A model generated the notes under the pieces. That model had not been told where the DNA came from. It was given only the letters and a program-made list of their open reading frames with translations, and ran no database searches. From contig NC_014408.1 in assembly GCF_000145295.1 (NCBI RefSeq), forward strand, positions 1,140,001-1,172,000: a stretch of DNA of 32,000 nucleotides, written 5' to 3'. This document shows positions 1-8,663 of the stretch, piece after piece. Position numbers and translations under genes: made by a program. This DNA comes from Methanothermobacter marburgensis str. Marburg (GTDB taxonomy: Archaea; Methanobacteriota; Methanobacteria; Methanobacteriales; Methanothermobacteraceae). The stretch's first letter is position 1. Each line of letters opens with the position of its first letter.

Positions 1-589
1 TTTCGTCCCCCTGAAACTCTGAGAGGATATCTGATTTCTTTGATGCTATTTCAATATTCCTGAGGCAGGCGTCAACAACCGTGTTTCCGGTTACAAATAC
101 TGCCTCTGGATCAGCACCCTCCATGAGGAGGTTAATGGCAGATTCCTCAGTGGGTACATAGTAGAGTTTTGAGCATGCATCTGCCACCATCCTGTTTATT
201 TCCTCCGGCATGGTCCTGTCAAAGGATCTGAGTCCAGCCTCCACATGTCCCACGGGTATGTGGAGCTTCACCGCTGCAAGGGCCCCTGCAAGGACAGCGT
301 TTGTGTCTCCCTGTACCATAACGATATCAGGTTCCTCCCTCATGAGGACATCCTCTATGCCCCTTAGCATTTCCGCAGTCATTGCACCATGACTCCCCGA
401 CCCTGCACCTATATTGTGGTCCGGTGAGGGGAGTTCCAGGTCAATGAAGAACTGGTCTGACATTTCATGGTCGTAGTGCTGACCTGTGTGTATGAGCGTG
501 AAGTCAAGGTTGCGCCTTTCTATCTCATCTATGACAGGGGCCATCTTTATTATCTCTGGCCGCGTTCCCAAAACAACTGCAATCTTCAT
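1..589 (-). CDS. wecB: UDP-N-acetylglucosamine 2-epimerase (non-hydrolysing). N-terminal part only; the C-terminus runs off the left window edge.
   Basis: My own translation of the minus strand from the ATG at 587-589 gives [56 protein letters not shown]. This is the characteristic N-terminus of the WecB/MnaA family (GTRPExIKM, HTGQHYD). The frame stays open to position 1, so it is missing from the ORF track. Confidence 0.85.
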   Translation of the reverse strand, partial: MKIAVVLGTRPEIIKMAPVIDEIERRNLDFTLIHTGQHYDHEMSDQFFIDLELPSPDHNIGAGSGSHGAMTAEMLRGIEDVLMREEPDIVMVQGDTNAVLAGALAAVKLHIPVGHVEAGLRSFDRTMPEEINRMVADACSKLYYVPTEESAINLLMEGADPEAVFVTGNTVVDACLRNIEIASKKSDILSEFQGDE

Positions 590-611
590 TTTAACCACTT
601 GAAAAGTCTCA

Positions 612-1970
612 TTAATGATTTCTTCTTCTCTGAGCCCTGTATTCAGTTATTACCCTCAGAAGCTCCTCTTCTTCTCTTTTCTTTCTCTTTTCATTTAATC
701 TGTGTTTCCATTTTTTAATTTCTCTATTTAAATCTTGAGTTTTAACTGAGCCGAAATCATCATGTATCTGAATATCAAGGGATTCCCTGGATATGACGGG
801 CACTTCGGCCTCCTCGAAAACCTCAAGGGCCTGGTGGGACATTCTGTCCTCTGTTATAATGGCACAGGGTTTCAGGTCCCTTAATATCCTTGCGGTCTGT
901 GAGCCCCCGCCCTCGGAACTTCTGAGTAGAAGCACGTCACCCCTCTTTATCTTCCACCGGGAACATGCGCTCCTTATACCCTCCCTTGTGAAGCTATCAA
1001 TTATCTTCACAGGTGATGTGTTTTCCGATGACTCCATGTCCTTTATCTGAAGCAGTGCGTCAAGGTCCCTCTCAAGGGATTCCCTGCGTTCCCGCTCCCT
1101 CGTGTATTTCCTCTGAAGCTTTTCAATGACCTTGAGTTTATGTGATAACTCCCGGTTGAGTAAAAGGTCCCTTGAATATTCATACTGTAACCTTTCAAGC
1201 TTTGACTCCAGCTTTGACTTCTCCTTCTCGAGTTTCCTTATCCTTTCCTTAAGGGACCTCCCCTCCCTTTTGAGTTTTTCAATTGTCAACCGCTGGTGCC
1301 TTATAGTTGAACGCTGAGTCCTTATGGTCCTCCTGAGTTTTTCAACGTCTCCGTGGGATTCTTCATCAGCAGCTGAAAATTTGGAGGTTTCTATCTCAGA
1401 ACCCCCCTCCATAGGTCCAGAAGAGATTTTATCTACCTCTTCCAGTTCTTTAAGTGATCTTATTGCTTCTGCAACTGGTTTTCCCATTATAACCAGGCCC
1501 TTGACCTCAAGGGTTTCCCCTGCTGTGAGGCCAGTACCCTCAACCTTCCTCTCAATTTGTCTCAGTTTCTTTTCATAATGCCTGTAGGCCCTCAAAGCCG
1601 CTGCAAGGGCGTCCCTTTCATGGGAGTTTTCCGGTGCATTCTCAGATTCCCTTAGAAATTCTGATACCAGTTCATTCTTGAATGATACCGTTAAAACCTT
1701 CTCCGGAGTATATAATTTAGCGTTGAGCATTGAAGCGATCCTTTTAACCGCTCCGGGAGGGGGGTATACGTCCGATGCAACAACTACGGGTTTTCCATAT
1801 TCTATTATCTCCTCTATTATGCTGGACCTTGAGGCCTCCTTCATGCTTCCAAGGTAGAGAAGTCTCCCCTCCAGGTCTAGGACTGCCAGGCCAACCGTGA
1901 GGCCGGGATCAACACCAACTATCGTTAGGGGTTTCGCAGCACCCCTATCAGGATTTCTATTCTGCTGCAG
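612..1970 (-). CDS. DUF460/COG2433-type protein: predicted RNase H-fold (RuvC/YqgF-like) N-terminal domain followed by a long coiled coil. The start codon is uncertain.
   Basis: The track ORF 612..1844 begins [31 protein letters not shown]. It continues into a K/E/R-rich heptad region ([49 protein letters not shown]). The same frame stays open upstream to a TAG at 2007-2009 and encodes ...[30 protein letters not shown], the acidic first strand of the fold. No ATG/GTG/TTG occurs in that stretch. GGAGGA (1978-1983) lies 7 nt before an in-frame CTG at 1968-1970. The minimal ATG-initiated version is 612..1844. Confidence 0.6.
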   Translation of the reverse strand: MQQNRNPDRGAAKPLTIVGVDPGLTVGLAVLDLEGRLLYLGSMKEASRSSIIEEIIEYGKPVVVASDVYPPPGAVKRIASMLNAKLYTPEKVLTVSFKNELVSEFLRESENAPENSHERDALAAALRAYRHYEKKLRQIERKVEGTGLTAGETLEVKGLVIMGKPVAEAIRSLKELEEVDKISSGPMEGGSEIETSKFSAADEESHGDVEKLRRTIRTQRSTIRHQRLTIEKLKREGRSLKERIRKLEKEKSKLESKLERLQYEYSRDLLLNRELSHKLKVIEKLQRKYTRERERRESLERDLDALLQIKDMESSENTSPVKIIDSFTREGIRSACSRWKIKRGDVLLLRSSEGGGSQTARILRDLKPCAIITEDRMSHQALEVFEEAEVPVISRESLDIQIHDDFGSVKTQDLNREIKKWKHRLNEKRKKREEEELLRVITEYRAQRRRNH

Positions 1971-2014
1971 ATTATGATCCTCCAGAATTATCGCTTCCCT
2001 GGTTACCTATATTC

Positions 2015-2023
2015 TATAATAAA
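2015..2023 (-). promoter_or_regulatory. Candidate TATA box (TTTATTATA on the minus strand) for the DUF460-wecB transcription unit
   Basis: An A/T-rich block (minus strand CTAAATAATTTATTATAGAATATAGG) lies between the truA stop (2057) and the DUF460 ORF. A transcript starting about 25 nt downstream would begin near 1990, just upstream of the GGAGGA at 1978-1983. Confidence 0.3.
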
Positions 2024-2056
2024 TTATTTAGAGTTTTGGATAAACCAGAGAGGAAC

Positions 2057-2878
2057 CTAGTCAGAGTCGCCTATATCTTTCAGGGAATCTCCCATGACCC
2101 TCCTTACCATTGACATATCACGGTACCTCCTGAATTCCTCCTCAAGTAGGGATCTGAAACGTTCAATGGCATATTCATCATGCCTGAGTTTTATCTTAAC
2201 CCCATATTTGAGGTCCATGAGGATGAGGTTCTCAGGGGGTGCCGGGTCTATGAAAACCCTTTCGTCTGTATCCAGAAGTCTTGGAACATCATCTGGAGAT
2301 AGTTCCCCCTCTGAAACCAGCAGGAGGACCCTCACCATTTTGCGTACCATCTGCCAGAGGAAGCTTTCACCGTAGACGTCCACCAGGATGGAGTTATCAT
2401 CTTCTGATACCCTGACATCATTTATTTTTCTTATGGGATTCCTGTCCCTCCTCCTTGAGAAGTTGCTGAAGTCGTGGGTGCCTCTGAAGTGTTCAGCTGC
2501 CTTGGCCATTGCATCAATGTCCATGGACTCCCCCCTGTGGAGAATGTAGCGGTAGTGTCTCTCAAGGGGGTAGCGCACCTTGAATGGGTACATTACAGAT
2601 GCCCAGGCAAGGACCTTTATGTCATGGGGGAGGAGGTCATTTATCTGGTTCACATGGATCTCCTCCTCTGTGAAGAAGCTCACAAAATTTCCCAGTGCAT
2701 GGACACCCCTGTCAGTCCTGCCGGCTATCTGGAAGCGGGAATCTCCAGGACTTCTGATTACGCCGGCCTCCTTCAGGGCATCAAGGAGTTTTCCCTCCAC
2801 AGTGGGGACATCAGGCTGTCTCTGAAACCCGTGATAGTTGGTACCGATATATGCAACCTTAAGTGCTATCTTCCTCAT
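2057..2878 (-). CDS. truA: tRNA pseudouridine(38-40) synthase TruA
   Basis: 273-aa ORF starting MRKIALKVAYIGTNYHGFQRQP, with the catalytic-Asp motif GRTDRGVHALGN. SD GGGGGAT lies 5 nt upstream of the ATG. Confidence 0.9.
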   Translation of the reverse strand: MRKIALKVAYIGTNYHGFQRQPDVPTVEGKLLDALKEAGVIRSPGDSRFQIAGRTDRGVHALGNFVSFFTEEEIHVNQINDLLPHDIKVLAWASVMYPFKVRYPLERHYRYILHRGESMDIDAMAKAAEHFRGTHDFSNFSRRRDRNPIRKINDVRVSEDDNSILVDVYGESFLWQMVRKMVRVLLLVSEGELSPDDVPRLLDTDERVFIDPAPPENLILMDLKYGVKIKLRHDEYAIERFRSLLEEEFRRYRDMSMVRRVMGDSLKDIGDSD

Positions 2879-3025
2879 ATTAGATCCCCCTGAACAATGT
2901 TACAGAGCAATGGATGCTTTAATTCTTTATTGATGAACATTTGACTAAGAAGCATGACTCCTGAAATAACATACACTCCTTTTATAGTCTGGTCAGAGAT
3001 ATCTGAACCATGATATCATGCCATG

Positions 3026-3034
3026 TTTTATATG
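3026..3034 (+). promoter_or_regulatory. Candidate TATA box (TTTTATATG) for the EamA-family transporter gene
   Basis: Located about 49 nt upstream of the SD-supported ATG at 3083, in the divergent truA/transporter intergenic region. Confidence 0.35.
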
Positions 3035-3082
3035 TGATCCGCAAGTTATATTTTGATGATTCACTCACTCTGGGGTGCAGGT

Positions 3083-4000
3083 ATGCGAAAGGTCTGGGGT
3101 TATCTAAGTATCATAACTGCAACGGTTTTCTTTGGTATGTCAGCAACCCTTGACAAGATAATGTTATCTGAGATGCACCCCATAACCATCGGGGCCTACA
3201 CATACCTCATTGCAGGCATTTTTCTTTTCATGGTGAGGCAGTCACCCCTAAAAGAGAATATACTTGACGTGTTAAACAGAACAGGTGGGATAGAGAGCAG
3301 AATAACCGGAAGGGATTACCTTTTACTCCTGCTCACAGCACTCCTCAGTACGGTTATTGCACCTGTACTTTTCCTTACAGGTCTTGGTGAGACAACAGCC
3401 GTTAATGCATCCCTCCTTTTAAACATTGAGGTCCTCTTCATTATTATCTTAGGTTACCTGATTTTCAGGGAGACGCTTAAATTTAAGGACCTCCTTGGAA
3501 TAATGCTTCTCATAGGTGGCGCCGCCTACCTCGTCAGTGAGGGTGAGTTTCAGAGCCTCTTCAACAATGTGGCGCTGAGCGGCAACCTCCTTGTTATCTT
3601 GGCGGCCTTCTTCTGGAGCCTTGACACAGTCCTCAGTAAATTTTTAAGCAAAAAAAGAGACCTCATCCTTCTTTCAGGTATCAAAAGTTCGGTGGGGGGC
3701 TTTCTGCTCCTGATTATCATGCTGATTCTCGGTTTGAGCACAGCTCTTCCAACTGAAATGCTCCCCTATGCACTCATGGTTTCGATTTTCAGTATAGGCT
3801 GCTCATTCATCCTTATCTACATTGCAGTAAGGGAGATAGGCGCGGCGATGGTGGGGTCCCTGTTCCCCCTATCGTCACTCTTTGGGGCCATATTTGCGTT
3901 TTTAATCCTGAATGAACCCTTTTCAGCCATGCAGGTGGTTTCTGGAATTGTGATGCTCACCGGGGTTATAATTCTCTACTGGAACGGCATGAAAAAATAG
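3083..4000 (+). CDS. EamA/DMT-superfamily integral membrane transporter
   Basis: About 10 hydrophobic segments with a two-fold internal EamA-like organisation. The track ORF opens at a TTG (3053), but GGGGTG sits 5 nt before the ATG at 3083 (MRKVWGYLSIITATVFFG...). Confidence 0.75.
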   Translation: MRKVWGYLSIITATVFFGMSATLDKIMLSEMHPITIGAYTYLIAGIFLFMVRQSPLKENILDVLNRTGGIESRITGRDYLLLLLTALLSTVIAPVLFLTGLGETTAVNASLLLNIEVLFIIILGYLIFRETLKFKDLLGIMLLIGGAAYLVSEGEFQSLFNNVALSGNLLVILAAFFWSLDTVLSKFLSKKRDLILLSGIKSSVGGFLLLIIMLILGLSTALPTEMLPYALMVSIFSIGCSFILIYIAVREIGAAMVGSLFPLSSLFGAIFAFLILNEPFSAMQVVSGIVMLTGVIILYWNGMKK

Positions 4001-4031
4001 TTTGGAGTTATAATCCTCTACTGAAACAGCA
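3965..4031 (+). repeat. In-frame 42-nt-period duplication of the transporter gene's 3' end (25-nt copies at 3965-3989 and 4007-4031, 22/25 identical)
   Basis: GTTATAATTCTCTACTGGAACGGCA versus GTTATAATCCTCTACTGAAACAGCA. The second copy lies just after the TAG stop and reads FGVIILY-stop, mirroring the genuine C-terminus TGVIILYWNGMKK. Confidence 0.7.
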
Positions 4032-4037
4032 CATTGA

Positions 4038-4628
4038 TCAGATTCTGGCCCTCACATCAAACTGGCAGAAGGAGTAGCCATTGGTCCAGCAGCGCCTCTC
4101 ATATGCATCAACCCTTCCCCCAAGTATCTCAGAGAGGGCCCCTGCTATTATGCCTGCCTCAAAGAAGCAGATGGGACGTCCGATGTTTGGAAGGCCCGAA
4201 CACTCGATGCACTCATAGACCCTTATATCCATCGTGAGGTGCCTTCCATTCCCTTCTTCAGATATCACGTCAAGTATCCCGAGTTTATGCTCCAGCATTA
4301 ACTCCCCCAGTGATCTCGTGTCATCTGCAAGGCCCTCCTTTATGAGCGCCCTTCCAAGGTTCATGCCCCCAATGTATGAGACACCTGCAGCTGACCCCGC
4401 GATTATATCAGGGATATTGAAGTGGCCTAGGCGGAAGCTGGATACATACTTATCATCCTCTTTGAAAGCTGAAAAATACCTTCTACTTGGATTCAGGAGG
4501 TCTCTGAACTCTATACTCTCCTTCAAGGGGCCCCTTGGACCCATAAGAGTTCCATTTCCTGTTTCAGATTTGATTTCATTGTCTGTGATCTTCCTGTATT
4601 CCCTGATGAGGGCCCTTAAACCGCTCAT
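4038..4628 (-). CDS. V4R-domain protein (predicted small-molecule/hydrocarbon-binding domain, COG1719-like)
   Basis: The C-terminal half has the V4R cysteine pattern (VYECIECSGLPNIGRPICFFEAGIIAGALSEILGGRVDAYERRCWTNGYSFCQFDV). AGGTG lies 6 nt before the ATG at 4626-4628. The track start (GTG, 4637) is less likely. Confidence 0.7.
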   Translation of the reverse strand: MSGLRALIREYRKITDNEIKSETGNGTLMGPRGPLKESIEFRDLLNPSRRYFSAFKEDDKYVSSFRLGHFNIPDIIAGSAAGVSYIGGMNLGRALIKEGLADDTRSLGELMLEHKLGILDVISEEGNGRHLTMDIRVYECIECSGLPNIGRPICFFEAGIIAGALSEILGGRVDAYERRCWTNGYSFCQFDVRARI

Positions 4629-4716
4629 TGCAAACACCTATCTATGTCCTAATATATGTTGGTGAAATTCTTAAATATTTTCAGTGAAAAGTGGGTATCA
4701 TATGGAGAAGATAATT

Positions 4717-4738
4717 ATTGCAAGGGTATTGCAAGGGT
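4717..4738 (+). repeat. Perfect tandem direct repeat, 2 x ATTGCAAGGGT, upstream of hisA
   Basis: Read directly: ATTGCAAGGGT at 4717-4727 and again at 4728-4738. It lies 48 nt upstream of the hisA ATG and just 5' of an A/T-rich element (CTTTTAAAC, 4753-4761). Confidence 0.6.
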
Positions 4739-4785
4739 TTTTCTTAGAGGCCCTTTTAAACATCGATTAACTTTAAAGTGATAAT

Positions 4786-5526
4786 ATGACCTTCAGAAAG
4801 GATAGGATGCTCATAATTCCGGCTGTTGATATAAGAAACGGTAAATGCGTCCAGCTTGTGCAGGGAAAACCTGGCACCGAGCAGGTTGTGATTGATGACC
4901 CTGCCGGTGTGGCAGAGAGGTGGGAATCCCTGGGGGCTGAGACCATCCATGTGGTTGACCTTGACGGTGCCCTGGGTTCAGAGAGGAATACCGATATCCT
5001 TAAAGAAATCACAGAAAGGGTCTCTGTGCCACTCCAGATAGGTGGGGGAATAAGAAGTAAGGAATATGCCTCTGAACTCCTGGAGATGGGCTTTGAGAGG
5101 ATAATACTCGGCACCATGGCCATCGAGAACCCTGAGGTTATAGGGGATCTTTCAGGGGAATATGGCTCGGACCGTATAATGGTCTCACTCGATAGCAGAA
5201 ACTCAAAGGTGGTGATAAGGGGATGGACAGAGAATATAGAACATACAGCAGTGGAAATGGGCAGAAAACTCCAGGAAAAGGGGGCTGGAAGTATACTCTT
5301 TACAAATGTGGACTTTGAGGGCCTTCTCTCCGGATTTGATCCAGAACCTGTGGTTGAACTTGTGAACGCCGTTGATGTGCCCGTTATTTACTCAGGGGGT
5401 ATCAGCAGCATTCAGGACATCGAGGATCTCCAGAAAACAGGTGCCGCTGGGGTTGTTATTGGCTCAGCGATTTATAAGGGCAGGATAGACTTCAGGGAGG
5501 CCTTAAAATATCAGGAATTGAAATGA
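4786..5526 (+). CDS. hisA: ProFAR isomerase HisA (1-(5-phosphoribosyl)-5-[(5-phosphoribosylamino)methylideneamino]imidazole-4-carboxamide isomerase)
   Basis: [19 protein letters not shown] near the N-terminus, GGGIRS, and [13 protein letters not shown]...GVVIGSAIY at the C-terminus. This is the (beta/alpha)8 HisA signature. SD AAGTGAT precedes the ATG. Confidence 0.9.
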   Translation: MTFRKDRMLIIPAVDIRNGKCVQLVQGKPGTEQVVIDDPAGVAERWESLGAETIHVVDLDGALGSERNTDILKEITERVSVPLQIGGGIRSKEYASELLEMGFERIILGTMAIENPEVIGDLSGEYGSDRIMVSLDSRNSKVVIRGWTENIEHTAVEMGRKLQEKGAGSILFTNVDFEGLLSGFDPEPVVELVNAVDVPVIYSGGISSIQDIEDLQKTGAAGVVIGSAIYKGRIDFREALKYQELK

Positions 5527-6008
5527 AAAGATTCTCTGATAAGCGAACTCAAATTAAAACCGTCATGGCAACAGGCACATTTGACATAATCCACCCGGGA
5601 CACGGATTTTTCCTTGAGGAGGCAAAGAAACTTGGGGGAGAAAACGCCAGACTGGTGGTTGTACTTGCAAGGGACTCCACGGTAAGGGCACGTAAGAGGA
5701 CACCAATCATAGGTGAGAAGCAGAGACTTGAAGTTGTAATGATGCTCAAACCCGTTGATGAGGCCTACCTTGGCAGTGAAACAGATATGTTTGAAATAGT
5801 TCACAGATTGAAGCCTGATATAATTGCCATAGGCCCTGATCAGAAGTTCGATATCGATGAACTGCGTGATGAACTCAGGAGAAGGGGCCTTGAGTGTGAG
5901 GTTAAAAGGGTGGGTAAATACAGAAGATCCGAACTTGACAGTACCTGTAAGATAATAAAAAAGATACGGAAGATGGAATTTGATGAGGACGCCCTGAAAA
6001 ACTGCTAA
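5523..6008 (+). CDS. ribL: Archaeal FAD synthetase (FMN adenylyltransferase) RibL, cytidylyltransferase-like fold
   Basis: [26 protein letters not shown] carries the nucleotidyltransferase (T/H)xGH motif. The size is about 160 aa. The ATG overlaps the hisA stop (ATGA at 5523-5526). Confidence 0.8.
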   Translation: MKRFSDKRTQIKTVMATGTFDIIHPGHGFFLEEAKKLGGENARLVVVLARDSTVRARKRTPIIGEKQRLEVVMMLKPVDEAYLGSETDMFEIVHRLKPDIIAIGPDQKFDIDELRDELRRRGLECEVKRVGKYRRSELDSTCKIIKKIRKMEFDEDALKNC

Positions 6009-6019
6009 AAAATAAAAAA
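6007..6019 (-). terminator. Oligo-T tract (two T6 runs on the minus strand) downstream of the transglutaminase-like gene
   Basis: The plus strand reads AAAAAATAAAAAA at 6007-6019, which is TTTTTTATTTTTT on the minus strand. It lies 17 nt after the minus-strand TAG at 6036-6038. Archaeal terminators are typically oligo-T. Confidence 0.4.
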
Positions 6020-6035
6020 TTGAATATTTGAGATT

Positions 6036-6947
6036 CTAGAATGGTAATTCAGCGTAAACACCATTTATGAATGCGCTGGAGGTGTCCCAGTTTTTTATTG
6101 TGCCGAGCGTGTTTGAGAAGCTTGTTGCGTCTGCGTCATACCATTTTCCGTTGATATATAACTGTCCCCAGACGTGTCCATAGGTGTTTCCGCTTCTAAA
6201 TACGCATTTACCGTGCATGTACCTTGCTGGTATGTTTGCAGCCCTTGCAAGAGCAACCAGAAGATGTGTGTGGTCACAGCAGTTGGCTGACCTCTTGTGG
6301 AGTGTCTCAACCGCACCGTTTTTTGTGTTGTAGTAGAAGCTGTAGTCTATATTATCCCTGACCCAGTTGAATATGCGGACAGCTTTCTCATAGGTTGAAG
6401 TGCATCCTGCAGTCAGGTTAGAACTTAGAGAAGAAATTTCAGGATCCGAAACCTGGCAGTTTTCTGTTTCCCTGAGGTAATCGCCCATCTCAGCATACCC
6501 GATCCGCGTAACCTTTCTGTAGCGTGTCTCTGTAACCCATCTGTAGGTTTTGCGGTACTTGGTCACATAGGTGTAGCTGTAGACGTACCTCACCCTGTAC
6601 TTTCCCTTCCTGTAGTAGTACCTCTTTATGGGAGTCTTAATCTTCACCTTGTATGGTTTCATGTAGGAAACCTTCACCCTCACGGTATACGGGACATACT
6701 CGTGGTAGGTGTAGTTCACTGTTGTCGATGAAGATACCTTTGTGTACGCAGAGGTGCTGGCTGCTGTGCTGTTAACCGTTGCATTGGATGTTATGTTTGA
6801 ATCAGTTGCACTCACATACCCTGCAGGCAACACTGCCACCCCGAGAAGTAGCAGCACTGCAAATATCGAGTGACGCTTAATTTTACCGCCTCCATTGTGG
6901 GGGTAACTCCTCCCCCGTGGACATTCAAGAATTCTATGCCACTCCAT
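6036..6947 (-). CDS. Secreted transglutaminase-like cysteine protease-fold protein with a Tyr/Lys/Arg-rich segment. The true start is probably internal (ATT 6879-6881 or GTG 6855-6857).
   Basis: The C-terminal domain has a transglutaminase-core-like Cys/His/Asp arrangement ([25 protein letters not shown] ... [19 protein letters not shown]). A signal-peptide-like stretch is present ([26 protein letters not shown]). N-X-S/T sequons follow (NIT, NAT, NST, NYT). The first ATG (6945-6947) lies inside a BRE/TATA-like element, so it is unlikely to be translated. Confidence 0.7.
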   Translation of the reverse strand: MEWHRILECPRGRSYPHNGGGKIKRHSIFAVLLLLGVAVLPAGYVSATDSNITSNATVNSTAASTSAYTKVSSSTTVNYTYHEYVPYTVRVKVSYMKPYKVKIKTPIKRYYYRKGKYRVRYVYSYTYVTKYRKTYRWVTETRYRKVTRIGYAEMGDYLRETENCQVSDPEISSLSSNLTAGCTSTYEKAVRIFNWVRDNIDYSFYYNTKNGAVETLHKRSANCCDHTHLLVALARAANIPARYMHGKCVFRSGNTYGHVWGQLYINGKWYDADATSFSNTLGTIKNWDTSSAFINGVYAELPF

Positions 6948-6959
6948 TTATAAGTTTTT
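6946..6959 (-). promoter_or_regulatory. BRE/TATA element AAAAACTTATAAAT (minus strand) for the transglutaminase-like gene
   Basis: The same 14-mer occurs upstream of hemC at 31871-31884. It has the purine-rich BRE plus TATA arrangement typical of methanogen promoters. Confidence 0.45.
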
Positions 6960-7035
6960 GGTCCATTTAAGCAGAATACAACCTTATTTAAATGCATTCC
7001 ACCAAATTAGTAATAAATTAGCAAAGGTGATTGAC

Positions 7036-8037
7036 GTGATCAGTGCGGGTATTATTGGAGCCAGCGGATATACAGGTGGTGAACTCCTCAGATTACTTGA
7101 TAACCACAGTAGAGTGGAGGTGGTGGCTGCAACCTCAAGGCAGTACAGTGGTCTTCCTGTATCGCGGGTACATCCCCATCTCCAGGACACTGACCTGAAA
7201 TTTGAGGAGTCCATGGAAAAGATGGACGCGGATATAGTTTTCACGGCCACCCCCCATGGAGCCTCCATGAAGATCGTTCCTGATCTGCTAGAGAGGGGTA
7301 TGCGGGTTGTGGATCTCAGCGGGGACTACAGGTTTCAGAACATCAGGACATATGAGGAGTGGTATGGGATCAAACATGAAAAACCCCTTGAAGCGGTCTA
7401 TGGTCTTCCCGAGATTCACCGGGAGGAGATAGCATCTGCAGATCTTGTGGCGAATCCTGGATGTTTTCCCACAGGTGCAATACTTGCATGTCTCCCACTG
7501 GTTTATGAGAAGCTTGCCGACACATTCATAATTGATTCAAAGACAGGTGTGAGTGGTGCCGGTGTGAAGCCAACCCCCCTCACCCATTACCCTGAATGCA
7601 GTGACAATGTTACCGCCTACAACGTGACAAGACACAGACATACGCCTGAAATAAGGCAGGAACTTTCAAGGTTCAACCCTGTGAGGCTCAGCTTCACCCC
7701 ACACCTTGTCCCGGTAACAAGGGGCATCCTCACAACCGCACACGCCTTCCTCAATGAGGACCTCCGTCAGGATGAACTCAGGGAGATATTCCGGGGCTTC
7801 TACGATGGAGAACCCTTTGTCAGGGTTGTTGATGGGATGCCTGTGCTCAGTGCTGTGAGGGGTTCAAACTTCTGCCACATAGGATGCTTTGAGGTGGATG
7901 ATAACCAGAGGGCCGTTATAGTCTCTGCCATAGACAACCTTGTGAAGGGTGCCTCAGGTCAGGCCATACAGAACATGAACATAATGTGTGGATTCAGTGA
8001 GGTGGAGGGCCTTGACTTTCCTGGAATGCATCCATGA
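7036..8037 (+). CDS. argC: N-acetyl-gamma-glutamyl-phosphate reductase ArgC
   Basis: (M)[20 protein letters not shown] is a Rossmann N-terminus, and ANPGCFPTG holds the catalytic Cys. AGGTGA lies 5 nt before the GTG at 7036. The track ORF's TTG at 6958 adds 26 non-conserved residues. Confidence 0.9.
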   Translation: MISAGIIGASGYTGGELLRLLDNHSRVEVVAATSRQYSGLPVSRVHPHLQDTDLKFEESMEKMDADIVFTATPHGASMKIVPDLLERGMRVVDLSGDYRFQNIRTYEEWYGIKHEKPLEAVYGLPEIHREEIASADLVANPGCFPTGAILACLPLVYEKLADTFIIDSKTGVSGAGVKPTPLTHYPECSDNVTAYNVTRHRHTPEIRQELSRFNPVRLSFTPHLVPVTRGILTTAHAFLNEDLRQDELREIFRGFYDGEPFVRVVDGMPVLSAVRGSNFCHIGCFEVDDNQRAVIVSAIDNLVKGASGQAIQNMNIMCGFSEVEGLDFPGMHP

Positions 8038-8132
8038 CATTCTGGATTCAAGGGAAATATTAAGTGAACAGAAAATTATATTATAAATAGATGGATCAGA
8101 TTATCTGTTAGGTGATGAAGCTGAGTGATACG

Positions 8133-8630
8133 ATGAAGACATGTGTGATCTACTATTCACGCACAGGAAACACTGCAATGGTGGCAAAGACACTTGCAGA
8201 GGAATTGAATGCTGATCTAATTGAAATCAAGGATCTTAAGGATAGAAGAGGATTTTTAAGTAGTTTTAAGTCCTCAATAGATGCTTTGAGAGAATCAAAG
8301 ACCCCAATCAGTCCAGAAAGGGTTGAACTCTCAGAATATGACCTCATATACATTGGCACCCCAACCTGGGCCGGGAAGCCTGCACCTGCAGTGATAACCT
8401 TCATTGACAGGGCCGACTTCCTTGGGAAGGATGTGATACCCTTTACAACCATGAGCAGACAGGGTGGTGAAGGTGCGATAGAGCGCATGTCTGAAAAGAT
8501 AAGGGCCCGCGGGGGCCGTATAGTGAATTTCTTCATGCAGAAAACCGGTGGAAAGGAGCTTATCCAGGTGAGGGAGGATACACTCAAGCTTATGGCAGAA
8601 AAGGACCTGAAGATATACAGCTCCAGGTGA
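8133..8630 (+). CDS. Flavodoxin-family protein
   Basis: MKTCVIYYSRTGNTAMVAKTLAEEL is the flavodoxin FMN phosphate-binding loop (SxTGNT). The downstream YIGTPTWAG matches the family. The ATG at 8133 is preceded by GAGTGAT. Confidence 0.7.
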   Translation: MKTCVIYYSRTGNTAMVAKTLAEELNADLIEIKDLKDRRGFLSSFKSSIDALRESKTPISPERVELSEYDLIYIGTPTWAGKPAPAVITFIDRADFLGKDVIPFTTMSRQGGEGAIERMSEKIRARGGRIVNFFMQKTGGKELIQVREDTLKLMAEKDLKIYSSR

Positions 8631-8663
8631 TGAACTGCCAAAGAGATTTCACAGGTGATAACA

